From: Kiritimatiellia bacterium
GTDB lineage: Bacteria > Verrucomicrobiota > Kiritimatiellia > RFP12 > UBA1067
Assembly: GCA_024405265.1 (NCBI GenBank)
Contig: JAKSOZ010000002.1
Location: 232-64,231 of the forward strand
DNA: 64,000 nucleotides
Reading direction: 5' to 3'
Shown: positions 45,633-55,162 of the stretch, piece by piece
Layout of the letters: every line of letters begins with the position of its first letter
Numbering within the stretch: position 1 is the first letter of the stretch
The notes under the pieces: generated by a model
Told to the model about the DNA's origin: nothing
What the model saw: the letters and a program-made list of their open reading frames with translations, nothing else
The model's database searches: none
Program-made: the position numbers and the translations under genes

Positions 45633-46405
45633 TATTTTACCTTTTTGAAATTATCGTTATAAAATACTTTCCAAAGAAAGAGTCCCTTACCGGGCGCGGT
45701 TTCAACGCGAGCTGTTCGAGGCGTCGCGGCCTCAAGAAGCTCCTTAACCGCCTCAGGCTTTTCGCTCCCCTTACCGATCGTGAGCAAGAAACCGACCATC
45801 GAGCGAACCTGCTTATACAAAAAGCCATCGCCTCGAACGATGAAGACGTATTTAGGACCCGAGCGCTTCACCTCGAATGAGAAGATATTACGGACGGTCG
45901 TTTCAAGTTCACGATTCGGATTCGCGGCGAAGGAAACGAAATCGTGGCGCCCGACGAAATAAGCGGCACCGCGGCGCATCGCCTCCAAGTCGAGCGGACG
46001 ATGCTGAAACGTCCAATAAGGCGCGAGATGAGGAGGCATGATTTCGCCTTGATAAACGAAATAGCGATATTCTTTACCGTGCGCGGAAAGCCGCGCATCA
46101 AAATCGCTTTTCACGTTAAAAGCCTTCATGACGCGAATATCGGCGGGAAGCCGCGAATTCATCGCCTTGACCAAATTCTTGGCCGGGATCGGCTTCGTCA
46201 AATCGAAGTGAGCGCAGAAGCCTTTCGCGTGAACGCCAGCGTCGGTACGAGAACTGCCGTAAACTCTCACTTTAGCGCCTTCGAGATATTCGAGCACTTC
46301 CTCGAGTTTCTGCTGAACGGCTATCGCGTTCTCCTGATACTGGTACCCGGAGTACGCGGTCCCGTCATAAGCGAGAATGATCTTATATCGGCGCGACTTC
46401 ATCAA
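45632..46405 (-). CDS. truA: tRNA pseudouridine(38-40) synthase
   Basis: YKIILAYDGTAYSGYQYQ and SSRTDAGVHA (catalytic Asp). Confidence 0.9.
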   Translation of the reverse strand: MMKSRRYKIILAYDGTAYSGYQYQENAIAVQQKLEEVLEYLEGAKVRVYGSSRTDAGVHAKGFCAHFDLTKPIPAKNLVKAMNSRLPADIRVMKAFNVKSDFDARLSAHGKEYRYFVYQGEIMPPHLAPYWTFQHRPLDLEAMRRGAAYFVGRHDFVSFAANPNRELETTVRNIFSFEVKRSGPKYVFIVRGDGFLYKQVRSMVGFLLTIGKGSEKPEAVKELLEAATPRTARVETAPGKGLFLWKVFYNDNFKKVK

Positions 46406-47364
46406 TTGAAAAGCTTCTTCAAATTAAAGACTTCAGCTAGCGGCATCACCAGCACTTCCGAGTCGGTCGCAACGACCACCATATCCTTAACACCGAGAAC
46501 GGATACTCGACGCCCGTCTCCAATCAAGATCGAGTTCTCAGTTTCTTTCCTCCGAACATCTCCGACCACGACATTATCGTCATCGCCTTTCTTGAAATGG
46601 CTGAAAAACGCCGCGTAAGAGCCTACATCATCCCAATCGCAATCACACTCGACCACCTCTACTTTTTCGAGCTTCTCCATCACTCGATAATCGAAGCTCT
46701 TTTTCTCGAGTTTCTCGTAAATCTCGGCTCTCGGCTTCAAATCCACGAGGTCAGCAGCTAACGAAATGAACGCGGAGCGGAACGTGGAATAAGAGGCGAT
46801 GAACATCCCGGCATTCCAAAGATATCCCTCGCCGATATACTTCTCGGCAGTATCGCTATCGGGCTTCTCCACGAAGCGACCGGTCTTGGGGTTGATATAA
46901 CCGTACGACGGCGTAGGATAATTCGGAGTAATTCCCAGCGTAACGATACGAGGAGTTTTACGCGCTATCGCAATCGCTTTTTTCAGCGAAGAGCGAAACG
47001 CCCTTTCGTTTTTTATCAAATGGTCGGCCGGGAAGAATCCAAGAATCCCCTCACCCGCTTTCGCGACTCCAAGCGCTACCGCGGCAGCCGTATCACGGCG
47101 CATCGGCTCACCGATCACATTCGCTTTCGGGAGCTCCGGGAGCTCTTTACGCGACGCCGCAACTAAAGATTTATCGGTTACTACGAAAATATTCTCCGGC
47201 TTCACGAGCGGCGCTAAGCGTAGATAGCTTTGACGGAGCAAGCTCACATCGCCGAAAATGCGCAAGAACTGCTTCGGGCGTTCGGGAGTCGAGAGCGGCC
47301 AAAACCGCTCTCCGGAGCCTCCCGCTAAGATTATCGCCTTGAACTCAGTATTGCTTTTCGCCAT
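46402..47364 (-). CDS. mannose-1-phosphate guanylyltransferase-like nucleotidyltransferase
   Basis: AIILAGGSGERFWPLSTPERPKQFL. 320 aa, no C-terminal PMI/cupin domain. Confidence 0.8.
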   Translation of the reverse strand: MAKSNTEFKAIILAGGSGERFWPLSTPERPKQFLRIFGDVSLLRQSYLRLAPLVKPENIFVVTDKSLVAASRKELPELPKANVIGEPMRRDTAAAVALGVAKAGEGILGFFPADHLIKNERAFRSSLKKAIAIARKTPRIVTLGITPNYPTPSYGYINPKTGRFVEKPDSDTAEKYIGEGYLWNAGMFIASYSTFRSAFISLAADLVDLKPRAEIYEKLEKKSFDYRVMEKLEKVEVVECDCDWDDVGSYAAFFSHFKKGDDDNVVVGDVRRKETENSILIGDGRRVSVLGVKDMVVVATDSEVLVMPLAEVFNLKKLFN

Positions 47365-49558
47365 AAACGAGGATTTTCTTCAAATGAAAGAACTCCTTGG
47401 TCTTTTCCTTCTCGTCGGTGACTTCAGGCTTCTTATCGGTACGAACGACGCGCACGTGACGAGCTTTCTTCTTCGAAATCGGCACTCTCCACTCGTCCTT
47501 GACTTCCTTCGTACTCCAAACCGTCTCCCAGTCGGAACCGTTCATCGAAATTTCGACTTTGAGCGGAACCTGACGACCCGCATTCTGTCCGGGGGTATTG
47601 ACGATCGTGACTCCGGTTACGAGCGTATCGCCTTTAAGGAATACTTCCGCCCATTGTTCGACATCCTTCTCGGTATGGAAAGCGCTGCCGAAATCGATAT
47701 CATCGGGAGTAAGCGCATACTTGAACGCTAGCGGAGTGACGTAGGCAACCGATTTGACTACGAGGCCACCCTCCTGACCTAAGAGCGTGCCGCCATAATC
47801 CTGAATCGGCCATTTGTTGGCAGAGGTCACCTTCGGGAGCTTAACGTTTTTCGGTATGGTATCGGGTAGCTTATCCATGAGTTTGTAAACCTGATGGAAG
47901 CTCTTGACGTCGCGACTCTCGCCCGCGTTCTTGACCATACCCGCATAGTCGAGCGGCTGCTTGTTCTTAATCGAATTCGCTACGACGAGCTTCATGAACT
48001 TCGTCGCGTCCTGAGGCGTTTTCATTAACTGCGAAGAGGCCCAAGAAACGATCTGATTATAATAGTTCGCCGTACCGACCTGACCGTCGAGCATTTCGGG
48101 TACGACCTGCCAAAGCTCGACATCATTAAATCGCTTCGCGACTTCATCGAGCACTTTCTTATCGAAGAGATACACTTCCGTAAATTCCGTCTTCGGCTCG
48201 CGGAAGCTCGAAAGCGCCTTCTTGACCGTATCCGTAACGCCAGTCTTATTACCGCCAAGCGAATCGAGATAGCCGTTGGTCAAATCCCAACCCGAGCTCG
48301 GCGATTCGGTAAAGGCTTTGCAAACGACCTCATACCATTTCTTATACTCTTCTTGGACATTGCTGCCCTTACTGAGTTTCTTCTGCCAATCCTTGGCCGC
48401 GTGCCAATTGCCGCGAACCTTAGCCATGGACTTGATGAAGTCTTCGCTCTTTCCGGAGAGATGAGCCTGCCAACGTAGATACTCCGCGTCCATACGCGCG
48501 GGATTCTGATAGTAAAGCACCATTTCATTATTCGCTTCGAAGTCGTTCATTTTGCCGAAAGCGAAGTGAGAACCGGTAGGCGGCCCGACGTAGTTACCTA
48601 CATCCCAACGATTCTTGACGTAATTCCAAACCTGGAAAGCGCAGTGACCGGGCTGACCAGCCGTATAGGCTTTGATGCCGTGGGCAGCCGCCTGACCCGA
48701 ACCGAATTTGGAGATACCGCCGCAGACGCAGCCTACGCGGTGACGAAGTTCCTGCTCGTTCCAACGATGCTTCCAAGGCTGATAATACATCGAGCCGTGA
48801 ACACTCGCGCCGAAGCAGTTCCAAAGACGATAAGCGATATGAGGGTGGCAGACGTGACCCGCATTACCGGTATTCACGTTCGCGATATTATGAATCCACT
48901 CGAGATCGTCAATCGTAAGTTCCGCATTCTGACCGAAGTTGGTCACTTCGCGCCATTCACGAGTATCATAATCTTCGCAATGGTCATCGAGCGTACCGTC
49001 GATATACCACCTGCGATACGCGTCCATGTGCAAAACGAGCTTTTCCTGATCCCAAGCGCTGGCATCCTTGACTTCCCTACGACGATCATCGGCGGTAAGC
49101 TCTTTATAAGCGACACCGTTATTATTCACGAAAACCGCGTGTCCATGATTAAGCGCGAAAGAAGTCGCGATATTGCGCCCGATTCTCGTCGTCATGAAAA
49201 GCGTACCGTCTTTATCGATCGGCTTATCATTCCAATAAAGAAGGTCCAGCGCTTTCAACGCCGCGCCCATATCGCCTTCGAAATCGTTGCTGCGATCCTT
49301 AATCCACACCGGGCCGGAGCCGGCGAATTCCTCCATCCACTCCTGATCGGCAAAGAAAGTCTCAAGAAACTTCTTACCGCCCTCCTTCGCCTGAATCTGC
49401 TTGATCGTATCTTCGCCGACTCGCTTCTTGATATATTCACGCACGACCTTGATATCACGAGAAGAGCCACCCTTCTTAGGCGTGGACTTTTTCGGCAACG
49501 CCGCGAAAGCACTCGAAACAATAATAACCGACAACAGGGCAAGTAAGCTACGCTTCAT
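47345..49558 (-). CDS. secreted hypothetical protein with C-terminal F5/8 type C (discoidin)-like domain
   Basis: Signal peptide MKRSLLALLSVIIVSSAFA. The C-terminal ~130 aa (VTGVTIVNTPGQNAGRQVPLKVEISMNGSDWETVW...ARHVRVVR) look discoidin-like. The N-terminal ~600 aa are unassigned. Confidence 0.55.
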   Translation of the reverse strand: MKRSLLALLSVIIVSSAFAALPKKSTPKKGGSSRDIKVVREYIKKRVGEDTIKQIQAKEGGKKFLETFFADQEWMEEFAGSGPVWIKDRSNDFEGDMGAALKALDLLYWNDKPIDKDGTLFMTTRIGRNIATSFALNHGHAVFVNNNGVAYKELTADDRRREVKDASAWDQEKLVLHMDAYRRWYIDGTLDDHCEDYDTREWREVTNFGQNAELTIDDLEWIHNIANVNTGNAGHVCHPHIAYRLWNCFGASVHGSMYYQPWKHRWNEQELRHRVGCVCGGISKFGSGQAAAHGIKAYTAGQPGHCAFQVWNYVKNRWDVGNYVGPPTGSHFAFGKMNDFEANNEMVLYYQNPARMDAEYLRWQAHLSGKSEDFIKSMAKVRGNWHAAKDWQKKLSKGSNVQEEYKKWYEVVCKAFTESPSSGWDLTNGYLDSLGGNKTGVTDTVKKALSSFREPKTEFTEVYLFDKKVLDEVAKRFNDVELWQVVPEMLDGQVGTANYYNQIVSWASSQLMKTPQDATKFMKLVVANSIKNKQPLDYAGMVKNAGESRDVKSFHQVYKLMDKLPDTIPKNVKLPKVTSANKWPIQDYGGTLLGQEGGLVVKSVAYVTPLAFKYALTPDDIDFGSAFHTEKDVEQWAEVFLKGDTLVTGVTIVNTPGQNAGRQVPLKVEISMNGSDWETVWSTKEVKDEWRVPISKKKARHVRVVRTDKKPEVTDEKEKTKEFFHLKKILVYGEKQY

Positions 49559-50589
49559 GACTTATTCCTCCCGAATCGACCTTTTGACAGACTCGCTCCG
49601 GCGATTAACAGAACGAGCGACGGATATAAGAAAAATTGATAACGCTCCGCAGTACGGCTTTCGATTTCATTCACTTGCTTAACCGCGACCTGTCTCAAGA
49701 ACTTACGGTAAATAGCGCCTAAAGTCGTATCGGCCGATCCGACCGTCGCCAACGGCACATATCTTCCGTTCGATGCCTCGGATATCGCTTTTAGCGCCGT
49801 CGGATCAAGGCGCGTTTTCACCTCTTCACCTTGGAACTTCATATTACCGCGACCATCTTCCGCCGGTATCGTCGATTCACTTGCGTCGTCTCCAATGCCG
49901 ACCGTAAATATCGGAACCGCACGTTTTCGGGCGAGGAGCGCGCACTCGAGCGCGTCTCCCCTCAAGTCGCCGCCATCGGAAATCAAAATGATCGCGTTAT
50001 GATCATCCGAGGCCGGATCAAGTACATCAAGCGAAGCGCGAATCGCCGCGCCCAAGTCGGTCTCTCCTCTCGGAGCGCTTTCCGGCGACATGTGTTCAAG
50101 CGAACTCCTTAAGAAAGCATGGTCGCTCGTCAGAGGGCAAAGAACGACTCCGGTACGGCGAAACGCGACGAGCGAAGCGCGATCTCCTTCGAGCGAATCG
50201 ATCAAGTCCGCCACGTCGGCCTTCGCCCGTTCAAGGCGATTAGGTCGGACGTCTCGTGCGAGCATCGAACGCGAAACGTCTATCGCGATTACGAGATTGC
50301 GCTTCATCTCGATCATTCGCTCATCCGACCTTCCCCACTGCGGCCGAGCGGCGGCAATAAACGCGAGGAAAAGACCGATAACGATAAGATAAGCTTGAAG
50401 CCCCCAGAGATTCGCACCTTTCGGCATCAACCGAGCTCTAAGCGCAGGCGCCACCAATTTCTCCAGCGCTTTATCACGCTTCGCCTTCAAATACATCCAC
50501 CAGAGCGCCGCGAGCGGCGTCAGGAACGCGAAGACGAGCATGATGGGAAGCGCGAATCTCAATGGTCGTGTTTCCCTTCCCCATGCCAA
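49555..50589 (-). CDS. VWA domain protein, BatA/BatB-like
   Basis: Two N-terminal TM segments and MIDAS motif AIDVSRSM. The start (TTG 50589) is uncertain and overlaps the trmH-family gene end. Confidence 0.7.
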   Translation of the reverse strand: MAWGRETRPLRFALPIMLVFAFLTPLAALWWMYLKAKRDKALEKLVAPALRARLMPKGANLWGLQAYLIVIGLFLAFIAAARPQWGRSDERMIEMKRNLVIAIDVSRSMLARDVRPNRLERAKADVADLIDSLEGDRASLVAFRRTGVVLCPLTSDHAFLRSSLEHMSPESAPRGETDLGAAIRASLDVLDPASDDHNAIILISDGGDLRGDALECALLARKRAVPIFTVGIGDDASESTIPAEDGRGNMKFQGEEVKTRLDPTALKAISEASNGRYVPLATVGSADTTLGAIYRKFLRQVAVKQVNEIESRTAERYQFFLYPSLVLLIAGASLSKGRFGRNKS

Positions 50590-51416
50590 GGTATGAACTC
50601 CGGAACTTTATCGATCCCTCTACCGATACGCTGACGAACTGCCTCGTAAACGAGAATCGTCGCCGCCGCGGAAACGTTAAGCGAGTCCGCGAGTCCCAGC
50701 ATCGGAATACGAACTCGGAGTTCGGCGCCGTTCATCCATTTCTCGGTCAAGCCGTACTGCTCCGCTCCGAGCGCGATCGCCACGTTCCCGGTCAAATCGA
50801 CTTCGAAGTGAAGCTTTTCGGCGTGAGGAGTCGCGGCGAGGATCTTGAAATCGTGTGCCTTCAGAAACTCAAGCGCTTCCTCGCTAGTCGCTTCCACGAT
50901 CGGAACCGAGAACATCGTCCCCGTCGAAGCACGAACGACATTCGGGTTATGGATATCGGTCGTTCGATCGCAGACGATAACCGCCGCGACTTTCGCCGCG
51001 TCCGCAGAGCGTAGAATCGTCCCCAAGTTACCCGGCTTTTCGATCGACTCCGTAACGATTACGAGCGCGTTTTCGGGAAGTTTCAAATCCTTGAGCTTGA
51101 TCGAGACATGAGGGCCGATCATCAAAAGCCCGTCAGGACGTTCCTTGTAGGCGATCTTCTCGAAGCAAACCTTGGAACAAGTGAAAACTTCCGCGCCGAG
51201 CGCCTTGCACTCGTCGATAATCGCGGGCTCGTTCTCATTCTTGAGATAAAAGTCGGGGCAATGGAAAATCGCACGCGGCTTATAGCCGTTGTCGAGGGCA
51301 CGACGACATTCGCGATACCCTTCGACAATCATCTCACCCGACTCTTCACGAGCCGAGCAACCGCGGAGTTTCACCACGTACTTGAGTTTCGGATTGCTTG
51401 GGGAAGTGATATCCAT
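50559..51416 (-). CDS. SpoU/TrmH family RNA 2'-O-methyltransferase
   Basis: EKPGNLGTILRSADAA, IALGAEQYGL and IPMLGLADSLNVSAAATI motifs. Confidence 0.85.
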   Translation of the reverse strand: MDITSPSNPKLKYVVKLRGCSAREESGEMIVEGYRECRRALDNGYKPRAIFHCPDFYLKNENEPAIIDECKALGAEVFTCSKVCFEKIAYKERPDGLLMIGPHVSIKLKDLKLPENALVIVTESIEKPGNLGTILRSADAAKVAAVIVCDRTTDIHNPNVVRASTGTMFSVPIVEATSEEALEFLKAHDFKILAATPHAEKLHFEVDLTGNVAIALGAEQYGLTEKWMNGAELRVRIPMLGLADSLNVSAAATILVYEAVRQRIGRGIDKVPEFIPWHGEGKHDH

Positions 51417-51443
51417 TCTACACCTACGCCTATATCCTACACC
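51417..51443 (-). repeat. 7-nt periodic stop-rich intercistronic spacer
   Basis: Sense strand TAA GGTGTAG GATATAG GCGTAG GTGTAGA ATG. One C in 27 nt. Confidence 0.55.
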
Positions 51444-52361
51444 TTAGTGATGGCAGTGACACTCGTGGCCATCACCATGGTGATGATGTCCGCAGCATTC
51501 GCGATATTCGATCTTCGCCTTTTCACGTAGCTCGGCGACGAACTGATCCATCGCGCGACCACGCGCTTCATGACGAAGAAGATCCTTGATCTGATCATGG
51601 ACTTCGACGATGGTCTGCTCGCTGCCGCCGCGTTCATCCGCCTTATAGATGATATGGTAGCCGAACTGAGTCTGGACGATCTCGGAGACGTCACCCTTCT
51701 TCATTTCGAAAGCGGCCTTATCGAATTCGGGGACCATCATACCGCGGCCGAACCAACCTAAAGATCCGCCCTGCTTGCCCGAAGGACAATCGGAATGAGC
51801 TTCAGCTTCCTTCGCGAAATCACCGCCCTGAACGATGCGCTCACGAATCGCGGCGATTTTCTCATAAGACTCCTTCTCGGCGCCCTTGACGAGAATGTGC
51901 TGACAAAGGACTTCGTGGGGAACCTTGAACTCGGCCTTGTGCGCTTCGAAGAAAAGCGCGATTTCCGCTTCCGTAGGTTCCGGAACGGAACTGCACGCCT
52001 GATTCACGAGCTTGTTGACCTTCGCGCCCTTTTCGAGCTCCTTCTTAAAGGTATCGAGCGTGATGTTCTGAGTCTCGAGCGCCTTCTTGAAATTCTCTTC
52101 ACCTCCTACCTGCGCGGTGACGTTATCGATCTCCTTCTGAATATCGTCAGCCGTAACCGGTATATCGAGCTCCATAGCGCGATCAAGAAGAAGCTTCGCG
52201 CCGATCGCCTGTTCGAGAGCCTTCTCCTCAAGCTTCGGGAGGTTCTGCTTCACTTCCTCCATCGTCATACCATGACTCATGTAAAAACGAACGAGACGAT
52301 CAAGTTCAAAGCCGACGGCTTCACCGGAAATCTCAACCCCATTGACGCTAGCGTGTTTCAT
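51444..52361 (-). CDS. PpiC/parvulin-type peptidyl-prolyl isomerase with His/Cys-rich C-terminal tail
   Basis: Start trimmed to ATG 52361 (MKHASVNG) with AAGGAGAA SD. Parvulin core HILVKG...GGSLGWFGRGMMVPEFDKAAF...TQFGYHIIY. Tail CCGHHHHGDGHECHCHH*. Confidence 0.8.
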   Translation of the reverse strand: MKHASVNGVEISGEAVGFELDRLVRFYMSHGMTMEEVKQNLPKLEEKALEQAIGAKLLLDRAMELDIPVTADDIQKEIDNVTAQVGGEENFKKALETQNITLDTFKKELEKGAKVNKLVNQACSSVPEPTEAEIALFFEAHKAEFKVPHEVLCQHILVKGAEKESYEKIAAIRERIVQGGDFAKEAEAHSDCPSGKQGGSLGWFGRGMMVPEFDKAAFEMKKGDVSEIVQTQFGYHIIYKADERGGSEQTIVEVHDQIKDLLRHEARGRAMDQFVAELREKAKIEYRECCGHHHHGDGHECHCHH

Positions 52362-52386
52362 CAGTATTTTCTCCTTGTTTCTTAAA

Positions 52387-53505
52387 TCAGTTGAAAAGGA
52401 ATTCGACGACGTCGCCATCCTTCATTTCATATTCCTTGCCTTCGGGGCGCAGGGCTCCGGCAGCGCGCGAACCCGCGACGCCATTGTGCTTGACGTAGTC
52501 CTCGTAAGCGATGACTTCCGCGCGGATAAAGCCCTTTTCGAAGTCGGTGTGAATTACGCCCGCGCACTTCGGCGCTTTCCATCCGCGATGGAACGTCCAA
52601 GCACGAACTTCCTTCGGACCTGCGGTAAAATAGCTCGCAAGGCCGAGAGTATGGTAAGCGAGCTTGATCGTACGATCGAGCGAGCTTTCCTCGAGTCCAT
52701 AGCTATTTAAAAATTCCTTCGCTTCTTCGTCCGAAAGTCCCGCGAGATCCGCTTCCATCTGAGCCGAGACGATCACCATCTCGGAGCCGTTTTTATCGGC
52801 ATAAGCTTTTAACGCTTCAACATGTCGATTACCTTCGCCCGTGACGTTATCATCGGAGACATTGGCGCAATAAATCACCTTCTTTTCCGTCAGGAAGTGA
52901 AGTTCCTTGATTACCTGAATGATCGCGTCGCCTTCCTTGCGCGGGAACGAGCGGACGGGATTACCCTCTTCCAAGTGCTTCAAAAGCGCCGCGCAAGCTT
53001 CAGACTCGGGACGAACGGCCGGTTTCGCCTTCGCTTCTTTCGAGACTTTATCGTAGCGCTTTTGGAGCTGTTCCATATCGGCCAAAACAAGTTCGGTTTC
53101 AATCACTTCCGCGTCCCCGACGGGATCGATCGGCGCGGACTTGTTGCCGCCCTCCTGAACATGGATGATATCATCATTCTCAAAGCAGCGAACGACATGC
53201 AAGATCGCGTCACACTCACGGATGTTCGCAAGGAACTTATTGCCGAGTCCTTCGCCCTTCGAGGCGCCCTTAACGAGTCCGGCGATATCGGTGAATTCGA
53301 CGGTAGCGCGGATGATCTGCTGAGGAGAAACGATCTTCGCCAGATTCTCAAGACGGGAATCACTTACTTCCACAATCGCGCTGTTCGGCTCGATCGTACA
53401 AAACGGATAGTTCTCGGCTGCCGCCTGTTGCTTCTTGGTCAGCGCGTTGAAAAGCGTGGATTTACCTACATTCGGCAATCCTACAATACCTACTGATAAG
53501 CTCAT
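52387..53505 (-). CDS. ychF: redox-regulated ATPase YchF
   Basis: [18 protein letters not shown], and a TGS-like C-terminus ending [11 protein letters not shown]. Confidence 0.95.
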   Translation of the reverse strand: MSLSVGIVGLPNVGKSTLFNALTKKQQAAAENYPFCTIEPNSAIVEVSDSRLENLAKIVSPQQIIRATVEFTDIAGLVKGASKGEGLGNKFLANIRECDAILHVVRCFENDDIIHVQEGGNKSAPIDPVGDAEVIETELVLADMEQLQKRYDKVSKEAKAKPAVRPESEACAALLKHLEEGNPVRSFPRKEGDAIIQVIKELHFLTEKKVIYCANVSDDNVTGEGNRHVEALKAYADKNGSEMVIVSAQMEADLAGLSDEEAKEFLNSYGLEESSLDRTIKLAYHTLGLASYFTAGPKEVRAWTFHRGWKAPKCAGVIHTDFEKGFIRAEVIAYEDYVKHNGVAGSRAAGALRPEGKEYEMKDGDVVEFLFN

Positions 53506-54371
53506 TTCGCTCCTTTAATCATTTTCAAATAGTACCCGGCATCAATCGGTTTGCCGCTTTTGACCGCCTCGTCGAGTAGCCCCTCGAGGACTTTGATATA
53601 TTCTTCTTGGACTTTCGCGCGAGCTTCGGCGTTCTCGGCGGCAGCTTTAAGGCGCGCCGCTTTGAGCGCCTTTTCTCCCTCGCCCAGCGTAGCGTCGTCT
53701 TCCTTCTCCTGCAACGCCGTCTTTTCTTCATCACCTACCGTCATCAAATCGGCGACCGTCTTCTCCGGGCGATTGGCCTCGATAAGCTGCTCGAGTTCTT
53801 CGCGCATCAATCGCGTCTCTTCGACAAGCCGCTCATACTCGGTTATCGCGGCGTTAAGTTCGTTCAACGAATATTTCAGCTTAAGCGCCTCATTCTCGGC
53901 TTTGGCGGCATTGAGCGCCGCACGTTCCGTTTCACTCGCCGCTTTCGCGGCTTCCTCCGAAGCTTTGATCTTCTCGGCTTCCGCCGTTTTCAGCTTCGCT
54001 TCTTCCGCGCGGCGATTCTCTTCGGCGGCAGCTCTTCGGTCCGCGGCGATCTTCTCTTCGCTTTCGGCTAAGCGAGCTTTCTCCTCCTGTACCGCGCGCT
54101 CTTCCCGCGCCGCCTCCAATCGCTTGGATTCGGCGTTATGCGCTTCCTCCGCGACCTTAAGGCGCTTTTCGGCCGCGATACGTTCATCACGAGCTTTCTC
54201 CGCCGCCTTGGTCTCGGCCTTGAGATTCATCTCCGCAGCGGACTCCTCGGCCGCAGCTTTTTCAAGCGCCCTAAGAGAAATCGCTTCCTTGGAGGAAAAG
54301 TACTTCCACGCCGCCAACGAAACGGCGACCAACGCCAAGGCGAAGCCTAAGTTCAAAAAGTATTTATACAT
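53502..54371 (-). CDS. membrane-anchored A/E/K-rich coiled-coil protein (TolA-like composition)
   Basis: N-terminal TM segment LGFALALVAVSLAAW followed by ~250 aa of AEKRA-type low-complexity coiled coil. Confidence 0.55.
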   Translation of the reverse strand: MYKYFLNLGFALALVAVSLAAWKYFSSKEAISLRALEKAAAEESAAEMNLKAETKAAEKARDERIAAEKRLKVAEEAHNAESKRLEAAREERAVQEEKARLAESEEKIAADRRAAAEENRRAEEAKLKTAEAEKIKASEEAAKAASETERAALNAAKAENEALKLKYSLNELNAAITEYERLVEETRLMREELEQLIEANRPEKTVADLMTVGDEEKTALQEKEDDATLGEGEKALKAARLKAAAENAEARAKVQEEYIKVLEGLLDEAVKSGKPIDAGYYLKMIKGAK

Positions 54372-54379
54372 ACTTTTGA

Positions 54380-54393
54380 ATTATATCATATTT
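54380..54393 (-). promoter_or_regulatory. extended -10 box AAATATGATATAAT, 8 nt upstream of the coiled-coil gene ATG
   Basis: Minus strand AAATATGATATAAT-TCAAAAGT-ATG in the 29-nt gap after uppP. Confidence 0.55.
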
Positions 54394-54400
54394 TCGGCTT

Positions 54401-55162
54401 TTAGCCTACTGCCACGCACACCACGCCAACCACTATACAATAGACACCAAATAGCCAAAAATACTTAGATACAAGAGTTTTCACTAAGATTTTCAGCGAA
54501 GCATATCCTACTACGCCTGAGAGCAAGGTTCCGTAGATAAGCGCGAGGTGAGACATGTTCGAGGCCTCCGCGCCGATACTCGAGGAGAAAGCCTTGATGA
54601 GCTCCAAAAGCGAAGCGCCGACGATCAAAGGCGCCGACATCAAAAACGAGAATTCGGCGCTCTTTACAGCTTCGACTTTCGCGGCCTTCGCGCCGACCAA
54701 GGTCATGCCGCTACGCGACACTCCGGGAATAAGCGCTAGCGCCTGCGCGAGCCCCATGACAAGAGCGGACTTGAAGGAATTATCACGGCAACCAGCATGC
54801 ATCGTACGCGTCAAAATCAGCACGACGCCCGTGAACACGAGCGCTACTCCGACCGCTTCGGTAGAGTCGAAAGCTTGCTCCAATCGATCTTTGAATAAAA
54901 GCGCCACGACAATCGCAGGAATCGCGGACACGATGATTTTCGCCACATAGCGCCAATCGAAGTCGAGAACGATACGTTTGATTACGGAGAAATAAAAAAC
55001 GCAAATACTGATAAGCGTACCCAGATGTAGGAATATATCAAGCTGCATTCCGGGCGCATTGACCTTAAGTAAATTCTGCGCCAAGACGAGATGACCGGAA
55101 GATGAAATCGGAAGAAACTCCGCGATTCCCTGTAAAACTGCAAGAATGGTGATTTCAATCAT
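54401..55162 (-). CDS. uppP: undecaprenyl-diphosphate phosphatase
   Basis: GIAEFLPISSSGHL and PGVSRSGMT motifs. 8 TM segments. Confidence 0.92.
   Translation of the reverse strand: MIEITILAVLQGIAEFLPISSSGHLVLAQNLLKVNAPGMQLDIFLHLGTLISICVFYFSVIKRIVLDFDWRYVAKIIVSAIPAIVVALLFKDRLEQAFDSTEAVGVALVFTGVVLILTRTMHAGCRDNSFKSALVMGLAQALALIPGVSRSGMTLVGAKAAKVEAVKSAEFSFLMSAPLIVGASLLELIKAFSSSIGAEASNMSHLALIYGTLLSGVVGYASLKILVKTLVSKYFWLFGVYCIVVGVVCVAVG

Noticed and set aside
49555-50589. BatA-like VWA protein as part of a Bat/MoxR aerotolerance operon.
   Set aside because: No MoxR ATPase, DUF58 gene, second VWA gene or TPR (BatC/D) gene is adjacent, so only a lone VWA membrane protein can be claimed.
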